Positions 1 through 9,103 of a stretch of DNA of 64,000 nucleotides are shown here, piece by piece (the first letter of the stretch is position 1; each line of letters opens with the position of its first letter). The notes below the pieces were generated by a model. The model did no database searches. It was not told the DNA's origin and saw nothing but the letters and a program-made list of their open reading frames with translations. The stretch is from Candidatus Spongiisociaceae bacterium (GTDB lineage Bacteria; Actinomycetota; Acidimicrobiia; Spongiisociales; Spongiisociaceae). The stretch spans positions 320,001 to 384,000 of the forward strand of contig OZ241841.1 of assembly GCA_965202665.1 (NCBI GenBank). The letters are read 5' to 3'. The position numbers and the translations under genes are program-made.

Positions 1-632
1 TAGCGGCGGTAGTCGGTGTCGTAGTTGATGCCGGTTCCCGTGTCCAAAATCACCTGCGTTATCCCCTCTTCGGCCAGTTCCCGCCGCCGGGCCTCCAAGC
101 GGGCCGCCGCCCGTTGCGGCTTGCCCGCCCCGTCGTCGCGCAGGCGCACTTTATGCGGGTCGGCTCCTTCGATGTACATCAGCACGAAAGGAACCTGCGA
201 CCGGACCGCCAAACGGATCATTTCCGGGTTCTGCAAACCGGAGGTGTCGTTGACCAGAACCGCCCCGGCGTCCAGCGCCGCCTCCGCCACCGCCGGGTTG
301 AAAGTGTCGATGGAAACCGCCCATCCCCGGGCGGCCAGGGCGGCCACGGTGGGAACCGCCCGGTCGGTTTCTTCGCCGGTGGACAGCCGGGGAGCCAGGA
401 AGCTGGAGGACTGCCCGCCCACGTCCACCACCCGCACCCCCAGTTCCCGGTAACGGTCGGCCGCCAACACCGCCTGGCCGGGGTCGGCGGCGTAGCAGTC
501 CCGGCTGATGGACTCCGGCGAGCGGTTGATCACCCCCATCAGGACAACCCCGCCCTCCCCCACCGCAACCGAATCCCCGCCCATCGGGTTGCGGAGGGTG
601 ACAGCAAGCGGGGTTTCGGTGGGCGGGGCCAT
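1..632 (-). CDS. folP: Dihydropteroate synthase (3' part outside window)
   Basis: Hand translation (not in ORF track): MAPPTETPLAV...VLMGVINRSPES...VDVGGQSS...VSIDTFNPAVAEAALDAGAVLVNDTSG...VILDTGTG, pterin-binding barrel motifs; TAATAT -10 box 7 nt before the ATG. Confidence 0.85.
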   Translation of the reverse strand, partial: MAPPTETPLAVTLRNPMGGDSVAVGEGGVVLMGVINRSPESISRDCYAADPGQAVLAADRYRELGVRVVDVGGQSSSFLAPRLSTGEETDRAVPTVAALAARGWAVSIDTFNPAVAEAALDAGAVLVNDTSGLQNPEMIRLAVRSQVPFVLMYIEGADPHKVRLRDDGAGKPQRAAARLEARRRELAEEGITQVILDTGTGINYDTDYRR

Positions 633-642
633 CACCCGGATA

Positions 643-2850
643 TTACGCGGCCGGGGCGGCTACGGGCAGGGGAATCACCACATCGCCTTCCCGGTCGGTG
701 CGGCGGACGGCCATGCCGGCTTGGGCGAGACGGGCCAGCAAAGTTTCCGACGGGTGGCCGTAACTGTTGGGGCCGACGCTCACCACCGCCAAGCGGGCTT
801 GGGTTTCCGTCAGCCACTCCGGATGGGAGGTGTCCGCCCCCTGATGGGGGACTTTCAAAATGTCCACCGGCGGCGGGGGCATTTCCCGCTGGGCGATGGT
901 TTCAATGTCGCCGCTGAGCAGGATGCGGGTGTTCGCATATTCCGCCACCGCCACCAGGGACTGGTCGTTGCGGGAGGCGTAACGGCGCCGGGGTCCTATT
1001 ACCTGCAAAGTGACGGACCCGACGCGGTAGGTTCCCAGTTGCGGGGCGATCACCGCGGTGCGGGCGGCGGCGTCCCGGATGAACTCGGTGAACCCCGCCC
1101 CCTGGCCGGGAAAGGGGGCGTGCCACAGCATCCCCACCGAGTGGGCGGCCAGCACGTCCCGCAACCCCCCGTAGTGGTCGAAATGGGAGTGGGAAACCAC
1201 CAGAAGATCTATATGGCGCACCCCGTGCCGGGCCAGGCCGTCCAACACCAGCACCCCGTCGGAGCCTCCGTCCACCAGGATGGTTTCCCCGTCCGCCCCC
1301 AGCAGCAGCAACGAGTCGCCTTGGCCCACGTCCAGGGCGACGAAGGCCGGGCCGGAGGTTCCTCCCGCCGCGGGCAGGGTCAGGGCCAGGACGATCCCCG
1401 CTCCGGCAATGGCCGCCGCCGGCCGGGTTTTTTTCCAGAACAGCCCCGCCCCGCCCGCCGCCAACAGGATGAAAACCGCCCAGCCCGCCTGGGGGAGGTG
1501 GGCGGCCGCCCGGGCTACGCCCAGCACCAGTTCGGCGAGGAAACTTCCCACCGCCAGCAGGGGCCCGAATCCGGTCAAAGCCCCCAGCCCGCCGGCGATG
1601 GTGGCGGCGGCCACCAACGGGGCGGACAGCACATTGGCCAGCGGGGACCACAGGGGGATGGAGCCGATGGCCAGGAGCAAAACGGGGGCCACCGCCGCCT
1701 GCGCTCCGCACGAAGCTCCCAGCGATGTTCCCAGCCAGCGGGGTTTCACCGCCGGGAACCATGCCGACCCGACCACCACTCCGGCGGTGGCGGCCACCGA
1801 CAGCGCAAAACCCAGGCTGAAAGCCAACTCCGGGGAGATCAACAGCAACATTCCCACCCCCGCCCCCATTACTTTCCAGATGCCCGGCAACAGGCCGAAG
1901 GGGATGGCGACCAACACCAGCCCGGCCATCACCGCCGCCCGCAGCACCGACGGGTCGGGCCCGATTAGCAGAACGAAAAACACCAGCCCGGCCAGGCCCA
2001 GGGCCGCCCGCCGCCGGGAGTTCCATCCCAGCGGCCCGGCCGCCAAAAACAACGCCCCCAGAAACAAAGCCACGTTGCTGCCCGACACCGCCACGTAGTG
2101 GGACATGCCGGAGCGGCGCATTCTTTCCACGTCGATGCTTTCCAAATGGGAGGTGTCGCCCAGCAGGAACCCGGCCAAAAGGGCCCGCCCCCGTGCGGTG
2201 TGCGGTTGCAGCCTGTCCAGCAGATAGTCGCGAAACCCGGCCACCATCCCGCCCGGCCACCCGCCTCCGTAGCCCAGGAAACGGGGAGTTTTGGCGGTGC
2301 CAGACCAGGCGACGGGACGTCCGATGCCTCCGCCGGGGGCGGGGCGCATGACGGTGCGGATTTCCCAAAGTTGGCCGAGGCGCCAGTCGGACACCTCCCC
2401 CCGCAGCCACCCGGGCGGCCCGTCCCAGGGCCGGGACTGCCCGTCCCGGACGACGGCCGTCGGTTTCACCAGCGCCGAGCCGTTGTCCGGCGACCCGCGG
2501 CCGGGGGTTACGGCCCGCACCTCCATTCGCAACTGCCCGGCGGGGAGTTCCGCCTCCCGCACATTCTGCTCGCGGTCGGCGAGCAACATCCCGCTGAGCG
2601 CCCCCGCCGCGGCCAACCCGAGAAGAACCCCCCAAGTCGCAGTTTTGGCAAACCTCGGAGCGAACTTGGGGGCTATCAGCAATATCCCGCCGGCCGCGGC
2701 GAAAACTACGATCACCGTCGCCGTCAAAACCGCCGGCCGCAATTTGACCCCGGCCGCCACTCCCGCCCAGATAGCGGCCGCCGCCAGCGGCCAGGCCATC
2801 TCTTTTTTATCCGGAAAACGGCCCAGGAGGGAACGTTTGCCCGTTGTCAT
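643..2850 (-). CDS. comEC: ComEC/Rec2 competence protein with metallo-beta-lactamase domain
   Basis: SGMSHYVAVSGSNV competence motif, many TM segments, LDVGQGDS, SHSHFDHYGG, LKVPHQG, NSYGHP. Confidence 0.93.
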   Translation of the reverse strand: MTTGKRSLLGRFPDKKEMAWPLAAAAIWAGVAAGVKLRPAVLTATVIVVFAAAGGILLIAPKFAPRFAKTATWGVLLGLAAAGALSGMLLADREQNVREAELPAGQLRMEVRAVTPGRGSPDNGSALVKPTAVVRDGQSRPWDGPPGWLRGEVSDWRLGQLWEIRTVMRPAPGGGIGRPVAWSGTAKTPRFLGYGGGWPGGMVAGFRDYLLDRLQPHTARGRALLAGFLLGDTSHLESIDVERMRRSGMSHYVAVSGSNVALFLGALFLAAGPLGWNSRRRAALGLAGLVFFVLLIGPDPSVLRAAVMAGLVLVAIPFGLLPGIWKVMGAGVGMLLLISPELAFSLGFALSVAATAGVVVGSAWFPAVKPRWLGTSLGASCGAQAAVAPVLLLAIGSIPLWSPLANVLSAPLVAAATIAGGLGALTGFGPLLAVGSFLAELVLGVARAAAHLPQAGWAVFILLAAGGAGLFWKKTRPAAAIAGAGIVLALTLPAAGGTSGPAFVALDVGQGDSLLLLGADGETILVDGGSDGVLVLDGLARHGVRHIDLLVVSHSHFDHYGGLRDVLAAHSVGMLWHAPFPGQGAGFTEFIRDAAARTAVIAPQLGTYRVGSVTLQVIGPRRRYASRNDQSLVAVAEYANTRILLSGDIETIAQREMPPPPVDILKVPHQGADTSHPEWLTETQARLAVVSVGPNSYGHPSETLLARLAQAGMAVRRTDREGDVVIPLPVAAPAA

Positions 2851-2880
2851 CCGCCCGCCCCGTTGCCGCGCCGGGCCCGC

Positions 2881-3609
2881 TCAACCGACCATCGCGTAGT
2901 CGCGGATGGCGGCCAGTTTGCCTTCCCCGATGCCGGGCACGTCCAGCAGGTCCTCCACCGTCCCGAACGGGCCGTTGGCCTCGCGGTAGGAAATGATTCT
3001 CTGGGCGATCACCTCCCCCACCCCCGGCAACCGGGTCATATCCGACGGGCCCGCCCGGTTGATATCCACTTTCCCGTCTCGCGAAACGCCCGTTCCCATG
3101 TCGCCGCCGGCCCCGGCGGGGGCCTCGCCCGCCCAGGGCACCGCCAGGCGCATTCCATCCCGCACCGTCTCCGCCAGGTTGATGGAGCCGAAACCGGCCC
3201 CGGGCCGCATCCCTCCGGCGGCCCGGATGACATCCGCCACGCGGCTTCCTTCAGCCACCGACACCAGTCCCGGGTCGGCCACCGCCCCCGACACATGCAC
3301 GGTGAGCATTCGGGACGGAGCGGACGGGACGGGCGGGGTAGCCGCCACCGGGGCGGCGGGAAGAGTCTGGGCGGGCGGCGGCGGGGAGTCCCCGGAGCGG
3401 GTTCCGTACCACAGGGCCGCCCCGACGGTCACCGCCAGCCCCCCGGCCAGCACGGCCGCCATCAGCCGCCGGTTGCCCCCGAAGCCGGGGGCGCGGGATT
3501 CGGACATCCCGGCGGGGCTAACGGTCCGTTCCATCTGCTCCGTCTGTTCCGCGCTTTGAGCCTGGTTGGCCTGGGTTTGGGTGTGGTTGGCGTATTCCAT
3601 ATCTTTCAT
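2881..3609 (-). CDS. comEA: ComEA DNA-binding competence protein (SLBB + HhH); exact start uncertain
   Basis: TM anchor, VHVSGAVADPG, VDINRA...LPGVGEVIAQRII...GPFGTVEDLLDVPGIG; adjacent to comEC. Confidence 0.92.
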   Translation of the reverse strand: MKDMEYANHTQTQANQAQSAEQTEQMERTVSPAGMSESRAPGFGGNRRLMAAVLAGGLAVTVGAALWYGTRSGDSPPPPAQTLPAAPVAATPPVPSAPSRMLTVHVSGAVADPGLVSVAEGSRVADVIRAAGGMRPGAGFGSINLAETVRDGMRLAVPWAGEAPAGAGGDMGTGVSRDGKVDINRAGPSDMTRLPGVGEVIAQRIISYREANGPFGTVEDLLDVPGIGEGKLAAIRDYAMVG

Positions 3610-3765
3610 ATACCCAATAAATCGTCAAAAAATAAGGGGGTTGTTTTCAGCCAACCTGTCCCGGGCAGGCGAAAACCCACTCTGACCAGGCGAAACGGGG
3701 AAATAAAATTTTTGCTCCCAGGAGGGTTTTTCAAACCTGGGCGGCGCAAACCCGGGTTTTAACCC

Positions 3766-6561
3766 TCAAACGACGATGTTCAGCAAATGGGGCAGCCGGT
3801 ACACCACTCGGCGGATTTCGGACCCGCCCAGGGAACGCTGGATGTTGGCGGAGCCCGCCACCAGGGCCATGGCTTCCTCCCTGGTGATTCCCACCGGAGC
3901 CGGGAAGCGGTCCCGCACTTTGCCGTTGACCTGCACCACCAGGGTCACCTGTTCGTCGGCGGCCGCCTCCGGGTCGGATTCCGGCCACGGCTGCAGGTGG
4001 ATGCTTTGCCGATGTCCCAGCCGATGCCAGGCTTCTTCAGTTACATGGGGGGCGATGGGGGCGGCCAGCAAAAGCAAAATCTCCAAAGCTTCCCGCCATA
4101 TCCCTTCGGAAACATCGCGGGCGGCGCGGACTTTGAACAGGGCGTTGCGCAACACCATCAGTTCGGCCACGGCCGTGTTCCAATGCAGGTTTTCCATGTC
4201 GCCGCCCACCCGTTCGATGGCCTGATGGGCCCGGCGCCGCAGTTCCTTCTCCGCGTCGGGAGAAACTTCCCCGGGCCGGTAGCCGGTTTCGCCCAGCCGC
4301 CACAGGTCGGTGATGAACCGGTGCGCCCCCCGGATGCCCCGGCTGTTCCAAGGGCCGCCTTTCTCCCATTCGAAGGCGAACATCAGGTAGGTGCGCACCG
4401 TGTCCGCCCCGTATTCCCCCACCAGCTCGTCCGGGTTGACCACGTTGCCTTTCGATTTGGACATCCGTTGCACGTCCAACCTTTCCCGCAGTTGCAAGAG
4501 GGCGTTGTCGCCCGGTATCCCGGGGATGTCCACTACGGCGTCCGCCGGGACCGCCACTTCCATTTCCGCCGGATGGGCTTCCCCGTCCCGGGCCCCGGCC
4601 CCGGCGAAGGGGCGCACCCACAGTATTTTTTCACTGCGGCGGATCACTTCGCCCGCCACCTCCCCGTTCTTTGGCTCACCGTTCTGAGGCCGGGCGGGCT
4701 CTTCCACTACCCGCACCCGGCGGGCCGTCGCCCGACCCCCCTCCCCCCCCGGTTTTAGTTCTACGACTACCAGGTCTCCGGACCGTTCTTCTCCCAGCAC
4801 TTGCCCCTGGTTGCGGAGCATCAACATCGGTTCGTCCAACAGCCCCGCCGGGTCCCGCCCCCGGGCCCGCATGGCTTCCATAGTGGAGTCGAAAATTCCC
4901 ATGTCACGCAGGGCTTTGTTGAAAAACCGGGTGTAGAGCAGGTGCATCACGGCGTGTTCCGCCCCGCCGGTGTAGAGGTCGACGGGCAGCCAGTAGGCGG
5001 CCTCTTCCGGATCGAACGGCCCCTGTTCGTAACGGGGGCTCAGGTAGCGCAGGTGGTACCAGGAGGAGCACATGAAAGTGTCCATGGTGTCGGTTTCCCG
5101 GGCGGCGGGGCTTCCGTCGGGGGCTGCGGCGCGCCGGAAACCGTCGTGTTCCAGGAGCGGACTGCGGCCGGTGGGTTTGAAATCCACATCGGCGGGGAGT
5201 TCCACCGGCAGCTGGCCGTCGGGGACGGGCATCGCCCGGCCGTCCTCTCCGTAGAGGATGGGGATGGGGCATCCCCAGTAGCGCTGGCGGCTGATCAGCC
5301 AGTCCCGCAAGCGGTATTGGACTTCCCGCCGCCCGTGGTTGTTTTCCTCCAGCCAGTCCATCATCGCCCGCTTGGAGTCCTCCATGTTTTTGCCGTCCAG
5401 GAAACCGGAGTTGATGGAGGGGCCGTCCCCCAGGTAGGCCCCGCCCGCGAAGTCGGCGGGGGGCTGGACGGTACGCAGGATGGGCAGGCCGTAACGTTCG
5501 GCGAACTCCCAGTCCCGTTCGTCTTCCCCGGGCACGGCCATGATGGCCCCGGAGCCGTAACTCATCAGCACGTAGTCGGCCACCCACACCGGAATGCGCT
5601 CCCCGTTGACCGGGTTGACGGCGAATCCGCCGGTGTCCACCCCGGTTTTTTCCTTGCCCAGGTCGGTGCGTTCCATCTCCGTCCGGGCGGCGGCCGCCTC
5701 CCGGTAGTCGGCCACCGCCCTGCTCTGCCCTTCGGAGGTGAGATCCTCCACCAGCGGATGTTCGGGGGCCAGCACCATAAAAGTGGCTCCGAACAGGGTG
5801 TCGGGCCGGGTGGTGAAAACTTCGATGGCCCGGTCGGGGTCGGCTTCGCCTTGGACGACCAACGGGAAGGCCACCCGGGCTCCTTCGGAACGGCCGATCC
5901 AGTTGGTCTGCATGGCCACCACCGGGTCCGGCCAGTCGATGCCGTCGTATTGCAGCAGCTCCTCGGCGTAGCGGGTGATGCGGTAGAACCATTGTTCCAT
6001 CATCTTCTGCACCACCGGCTGGCCGGTGCGTTCGTCCCGGCCGTTGATGACCTGTTCGTTGGCCAGCACGGTCTGCATGCTGGGCGACCAGTTGACCAGC
6101 GCCTCCCCCCGGTAGGCCAAGCCCGCCTGGTAGAGGCGGGAGAAGAACCATTCCGACCAGCGGTAGTACTCGGGGGTGCAGGACACCGCCTCCCGCCGCC
6201 AGTCGATCATGGTCCCCATGGAACGCAACTGGCCCCGCATCCGTTCGATGTTGGCGTAGGTCCATTCCCAGGGATGGATGTTGGCTTGGATGGCTGCGTT
6301 TTCAGCGGGGAGGCCGAAGGCGTCGAACCCCATCGGGAACAGCACGTTGAAGCCCCGCATGCGCATGTAACGGGCGCGGGCGTCGGAGGGGGTCATGGCG
6401 TACCAGTGGCCGATGTGCAGGTCGCCGCTGGGGTAGGGCAACATGGTCAGGGCGTAGTGCTTGGGGCGCGACCAGTCCACATCGGAGTGGTATATGCCGG
6501 CTTCTTCCCAATGCCGTTGCCATTTTGTTTCCACGGCGCGATGGTCGTAGCGTTGCGTCAC
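3766..6561 (-). CDS. leuS: Leucine--tRNA ligase
   Basis: PYPSGDLHIGH, FTTRPDT editing domain, DWLISRQRYWG, RMSKSKGN, VVQVNGKVR; GTG at 6561 chosen because TAACAT lies 7 nt upstream (leaderless). Confidence 0.96.
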   Translation of the reverse strand: MTQRYDHRAVETKWQRHWEEAGIYHSDVDWSRPKHYALTMLPYPSGDLHIGHWYAMTPSDARARYMRMRGFNVLFPMGFDAFGLPAENAAIQANIHPWEWTYANIERMRGQLRSMGTMIDWRREAVSCTPEYYRWSEWFFSRLYQAGLAYRGEALVNWSPSMQTVLANEQVINGRDERTGQPVVQKMMEQWFYRITRYAEELLQYDGIDWPDPVVAMQTNWIGRSEGARVAFPLVVQGEADPDRAIEVFTTRPDTLFGATFMVLAPEHPLVEDLTSEGQSRAVADYREAAAARTEMERTDLGKEKTGVDTGGFAVNPVNGERIPVWVADYVLMSYGSGAIMAVPGEDERDWEFAERYGLPILRTVQPPADFAGGAYLGDGPSINSGFLDGKNMEDSKRAMMDWLEENNHGRREVQYRLRDWLISRQRYWGCPIPILYGEDGRAMPVPDGQLPVELPADVDFKPTGRSPLLEHDGFRRAAAPDGSPAARETDTMDTFMCSSWYHLRYLSPRYEQGPFDPEEAAYWLPVDLYTGGAEHAVMHLLYTRFFNKALRDMGIFDSTMEAMRARGRDPAGLLDEPMLMLRNQGQVLGEERSGDLVVVELKPGGEGGRATARRVRVVEEPARPQNGEPKNGEVAGEVIRRSEKILWVRPFAGAGARDGEAHPAEMEVAVPADAVVDIPGIPGDNALLQLRERLDVQRMSKSKGNVVNPDELVGEYGADTVRTYLMFAFEWEKGGPWNSRGIRGAHRFITDLWRLGETGYRPGEVSPDAEKELRRRAHQAIERVGGDMENLHWNTAVAELMVLRNALFKVRAARDVSEGIWREALEILLLLAAPIAPHVTEEAWHRLGHRQSIHLQPWPESDPEAAADEQVTLVVQVNGKVRDRFPAPVGITREEAMALVAGSANIQRSLGGSEIRRVVYRLPHLLNIVV

Positions 6562-6661
6562 GCCGGTAATGTTACCCCGTCCCGTGATTTGTCCCGCCGC
6601 CGCGCAAAACCGGTAAATTCCAGGCAAACGGAGAGCAAACGTCTATATTTCTGCTGACCCG

Positions 6662-7441
6662 ATGAATTCTATGAACCCTAAACCGCTGATAGCCCTCACC
6701 ACCACCGTGCGGGTGGCCGACACTTATCTGGGCCCGAAGACCCGGTTGCACGGCCTGGGGCTGTACTACACGGAGGCGGTGCGGCGCGCCGGGGCGGCGA
6801 TTGTGGCGCTGGCGGAAATGGACCCGGAGGACGCGCCGTTGCTGCTGACCGGGGCGGACGGGTTGCTGGTGACCGGCGGGCACGACATTGATCCGGTGTT
6901 ATACGGTCAGGATAACACGGCCAGCGTGGATCTGGACCGAGCCGACGACGACCGCGACTTGGCCCTGGTGTTGGAGGCTCGGCGGCGGCGCATTCCGGTG
7001 CTGGCCATCTGCCGGGGAATCCAGGTTCTGAACGTGGCCCTGGGAGGGACCCTGCACCAGCATATTCTGTCCGACGACGACCCGGACCATCCGGCGATGG
7101 CCGACTCGGCGGAGATACGAAACGCCCACCGGCATAGGGTCAAGTTTGAACCGGACAGCCGCTTGGCCGATATCTATCAAAACGGGGAACGCCAGGTGAA
7201 TTCCCTGCACCATCAGGCCATTGACCGGTTGGGACGCGGCCTGCGGGTGGTGGGGAAAACCACCGGGGGGCACATTGAGGCGGTGGAAAGCTCTGATACG
7301 GAATGGCGGGCTCTGGCCGTGCAATGGCACCCGGAAATGCTGGACGACCCCGAAGAACAGGCCCTGTTCGAAGCCTTCGCTCTAGACGCCCGCGACTTCC
7401 GCCGCCGTCGCCGAGGCATGGGCTACCGCACCGACTCTTAG
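6662..7441 (+). CDS. Gamma-glutamyl-gamma-aminobutyrate hydrolase family (peptidase C26, PuuD-like)
   Basis: LLVTGGHDIDP, LAICRGIQVLNVALGGTL, VNSLHHQAI, AVQWHPE. Confidence 0.9.
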   Translation: MNSMNPKPLIALTTTVRVADTYLGPKTRLHGLGLYYTEAVRRAGAAIVALAEMDPEDAPLLLTGADGLLVTGGHDIDPVLYGQDNTASVDLDRADDDRDLALVLEARRRRIPVLAICRGIQVLNVALGGTLHQHILSDDDPDHPAMADSAEIRNAHRHRVKFEPDSRLADIYQNGERQVNSLHHQAIDRLGRGLRVVGKTTGGHIEAVESSDTEWRALAVQWHPEMLDDPEEQALFEAFALDARDFRRRRRGMGYRTDS

Positions 7442-7468
7442 TCCCAACCCCAGGTTCCCAGGCCGGTC

Positions 7469-8710
7469 TCAACCAGGCCCGGCGCGAACAGGCGGCCCGG
7501 GCCGGGGCCGGGTTTTCCATCGGCCGTCTTGCTGGAAAAGTTCCAGGTTGTCGTCCTGCAGTTGGCGGTGGTGTGACCCGCAGAGGGAGGCCAAGTTGTC
7601 GATGTCGGTGGGGCCGCCGTCGTACCAGTCCCAAATATGGTGCAACTGGGTCTGGTGGGTGGAAATGTCACATCGGACGCATCCCCCGTCCCGCACCGCG
7701 GCCGCCATCCGCTGAGCGGCGTTGCCCAGACGTTGTTTGCGCCCCAGCCACAGCACCCGTCCTTTCCCCCCGAAGATAATCCCACTCAGCGAAGTATCAG
7801 GCGAGAGACGTCCCAGAACGGAAGGCGGCACCGGCCCGCTCCCCAAAACCTCACACCGCCCCCCTGGACGGGAGCCGTCCAAAACCCCAATGTCGGCCAC
7901 CACCACCAGCTGAGTAGAAGGCTTGCCCGTTTGAGCCCCCGCCTCGGAAAGGGGTTGAAAAGTTTCAGAATCGCGGCCGGTCAACAGCTCAAACAGGGCG
8001 TCCGCCCGCCGTTGCTCGTTGGAACGAAACTCATCCGGGGAAACTCCGCGGCCGGAATCATCCCGTCGCAACCGATCTACGCCCAAGTCCAAAGCCTGCC
8101 GGACCTGCCCAAAAGCAATCCGGTCCAACTCAGCGTGCAACACCCCCATATCCTTAGCCGGGTCCCAAAACATATAAGCCTTACGCCGCCCACGTTGCCG
8201 CCGCAAAGACTCTTCTTCCCGGTCCCGGCTGTTAGCGGAAGTCCACTCCCGGGCCTTCTTGCGGAACCCATCCGGATTGGAAGCAACCGCCTCCCCCAAC
8301 AACCCCGCGTCCTGATCCACCCGCCGCGCACCGCACTCTCGGGCGGCGCCGGTCAAGGCGGAGGCGTGCTCCAAAGTGATTTCCCCCGCCGCCAACTTGG
8401 CCCGCGTGTTGGGCATCTCCGCCAACCCCTCCGACACTTTGGTGATGTATTTGGCCTGGTGGGAAGTCATCCCCATCTGGTCTTGCATAATCTCAGCCGC
8501 CTCCCGCTTCCCCTCCTCCCGGGACAGACGCAACGCGATAGCGGTCTCCAAGCCGGCCAAACGGGCCTTGGCCCGCTTCACCGCCCCCGCCACCTCCTCC
8601 AACTCAGCCCGAGACCCAGCACCAGCGGCCTCCTCCCCCAGGATGCCCAACCCGGCCCCGATCTGCTCATCAGCCGCCCGAACCCGCTCGGAATTAGCAA
8701 CACGTTTCAT
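7469..8710 (-). CDS. DUF222 / 13E12-like protein with C-terminal HNH endonuclease
   Basis: QRRADAL motif; RDGGCVRC...LHHIWDWYDGGPTDIDNLASLCGSHH HNH; start placed at ATG 8710, 7 nt after TACGTT (track ORF to 8830 reads through a repeat unit). Confidence 0.88.
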   Translation of the reverse strand: MKRVANSERVRAADEQIGAGLGILGEEAAGAGSRAELEEVAGAVKRAKARLAGLETAIALRLSREEGKREAAEIMQDQMGMTSHQAKYITKVSEGLAEMPNTRAKLAAGEITLEHASALTGAARECGARRVDQDAGLLGEAVASNPDGFRKKAREWTSANSRDREEESLRRQRGRRKAYMFWDPAKDMGVLHAELDRIAFGQVRQALDLGVDRLRRDDSGRGVSPDEFRSNEQRRADALFELLTGRDSETFQPLSEAGAQTGKPSTQLVVVADIGVLDGSRPGGRCEVLGSGPVPPSVLGRLSPDTSLSGIIFGGKGRVLWLGRKQRLGNAAQRMAAAVRDGGCVRCDISTHQTQLHHIWDWYDGGPTDIDNLASLCGSHHRQLQDDNLELFQQDGRWKTRPRPGPPVRAGPG

Positions 8711-9075
8711 ACTTTCCAACGTAACCGGAGGCTGTGACAAATTCCCCCCACTCGTCGCAACGCCCGCGTCGACGCGCTCAGCCGCCTGCGGCAACCGCCC
8801 GGAATTAGCAATGTGCTTCATACCCCCCACGTAACCGGAGGGTGTGACAAATCCTCCCCGCCCATAGCAACACCCACGCCGACGCGCTCAGCAACCTGCG
8901 GCAACCGCCCAGAATCGGATATACGCTTCATACCCCCCAACGTAATAGAGGGGTGTGACAAATTCTCCCCACCCGAAGTTACGCCCGCCTTGGCGCGCTC
9001 AGCGACCTGCGGCAACCGCCCGGAATTAGCTATGTGCTTCATACTCCCTAACGTAATAGGGGGGTGTGACAAATT
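8690..9075 (-). repeat. Tandem 110-111 bp repeat (about 3.5 units); each unit is a promoter plus ATG plus about 27 codons
   Basis: Plus-strand GTGACAAAT at 8734, 8844, 8955, 9066; CCTGCGGCAACCGCCC in three units; minus-strand ATGs at 8710, 8821, 8931, 9042. Confidence 0.93.
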
Positions 9076-9103
9076 CGTTTGGGGGAGGCGAGCATCCTCC
9101 AAA

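Noticed and set aside
4743-4750. C8 tract in leuS as a phase-variation site
   Set aside because: It is in frame, short and inside an essential gene in GC-rich sequence.
508-6657. Long antisense/alternate-frame ORFs (e.g. 508-1968, 2098-3762, 4801-6657, and many similar across the window)
   Set aside because: Shadow ORFs of high-GC genes with no recognisable motifs, overlapping well-supported CDSs.
8690-9075. CRISPR or guide array next to an HNH nuclease
   Set aside because: The variable parts of the units are homologous to each other and to the gene's 5' end, so they are not unique spacers; no cas genes are present.
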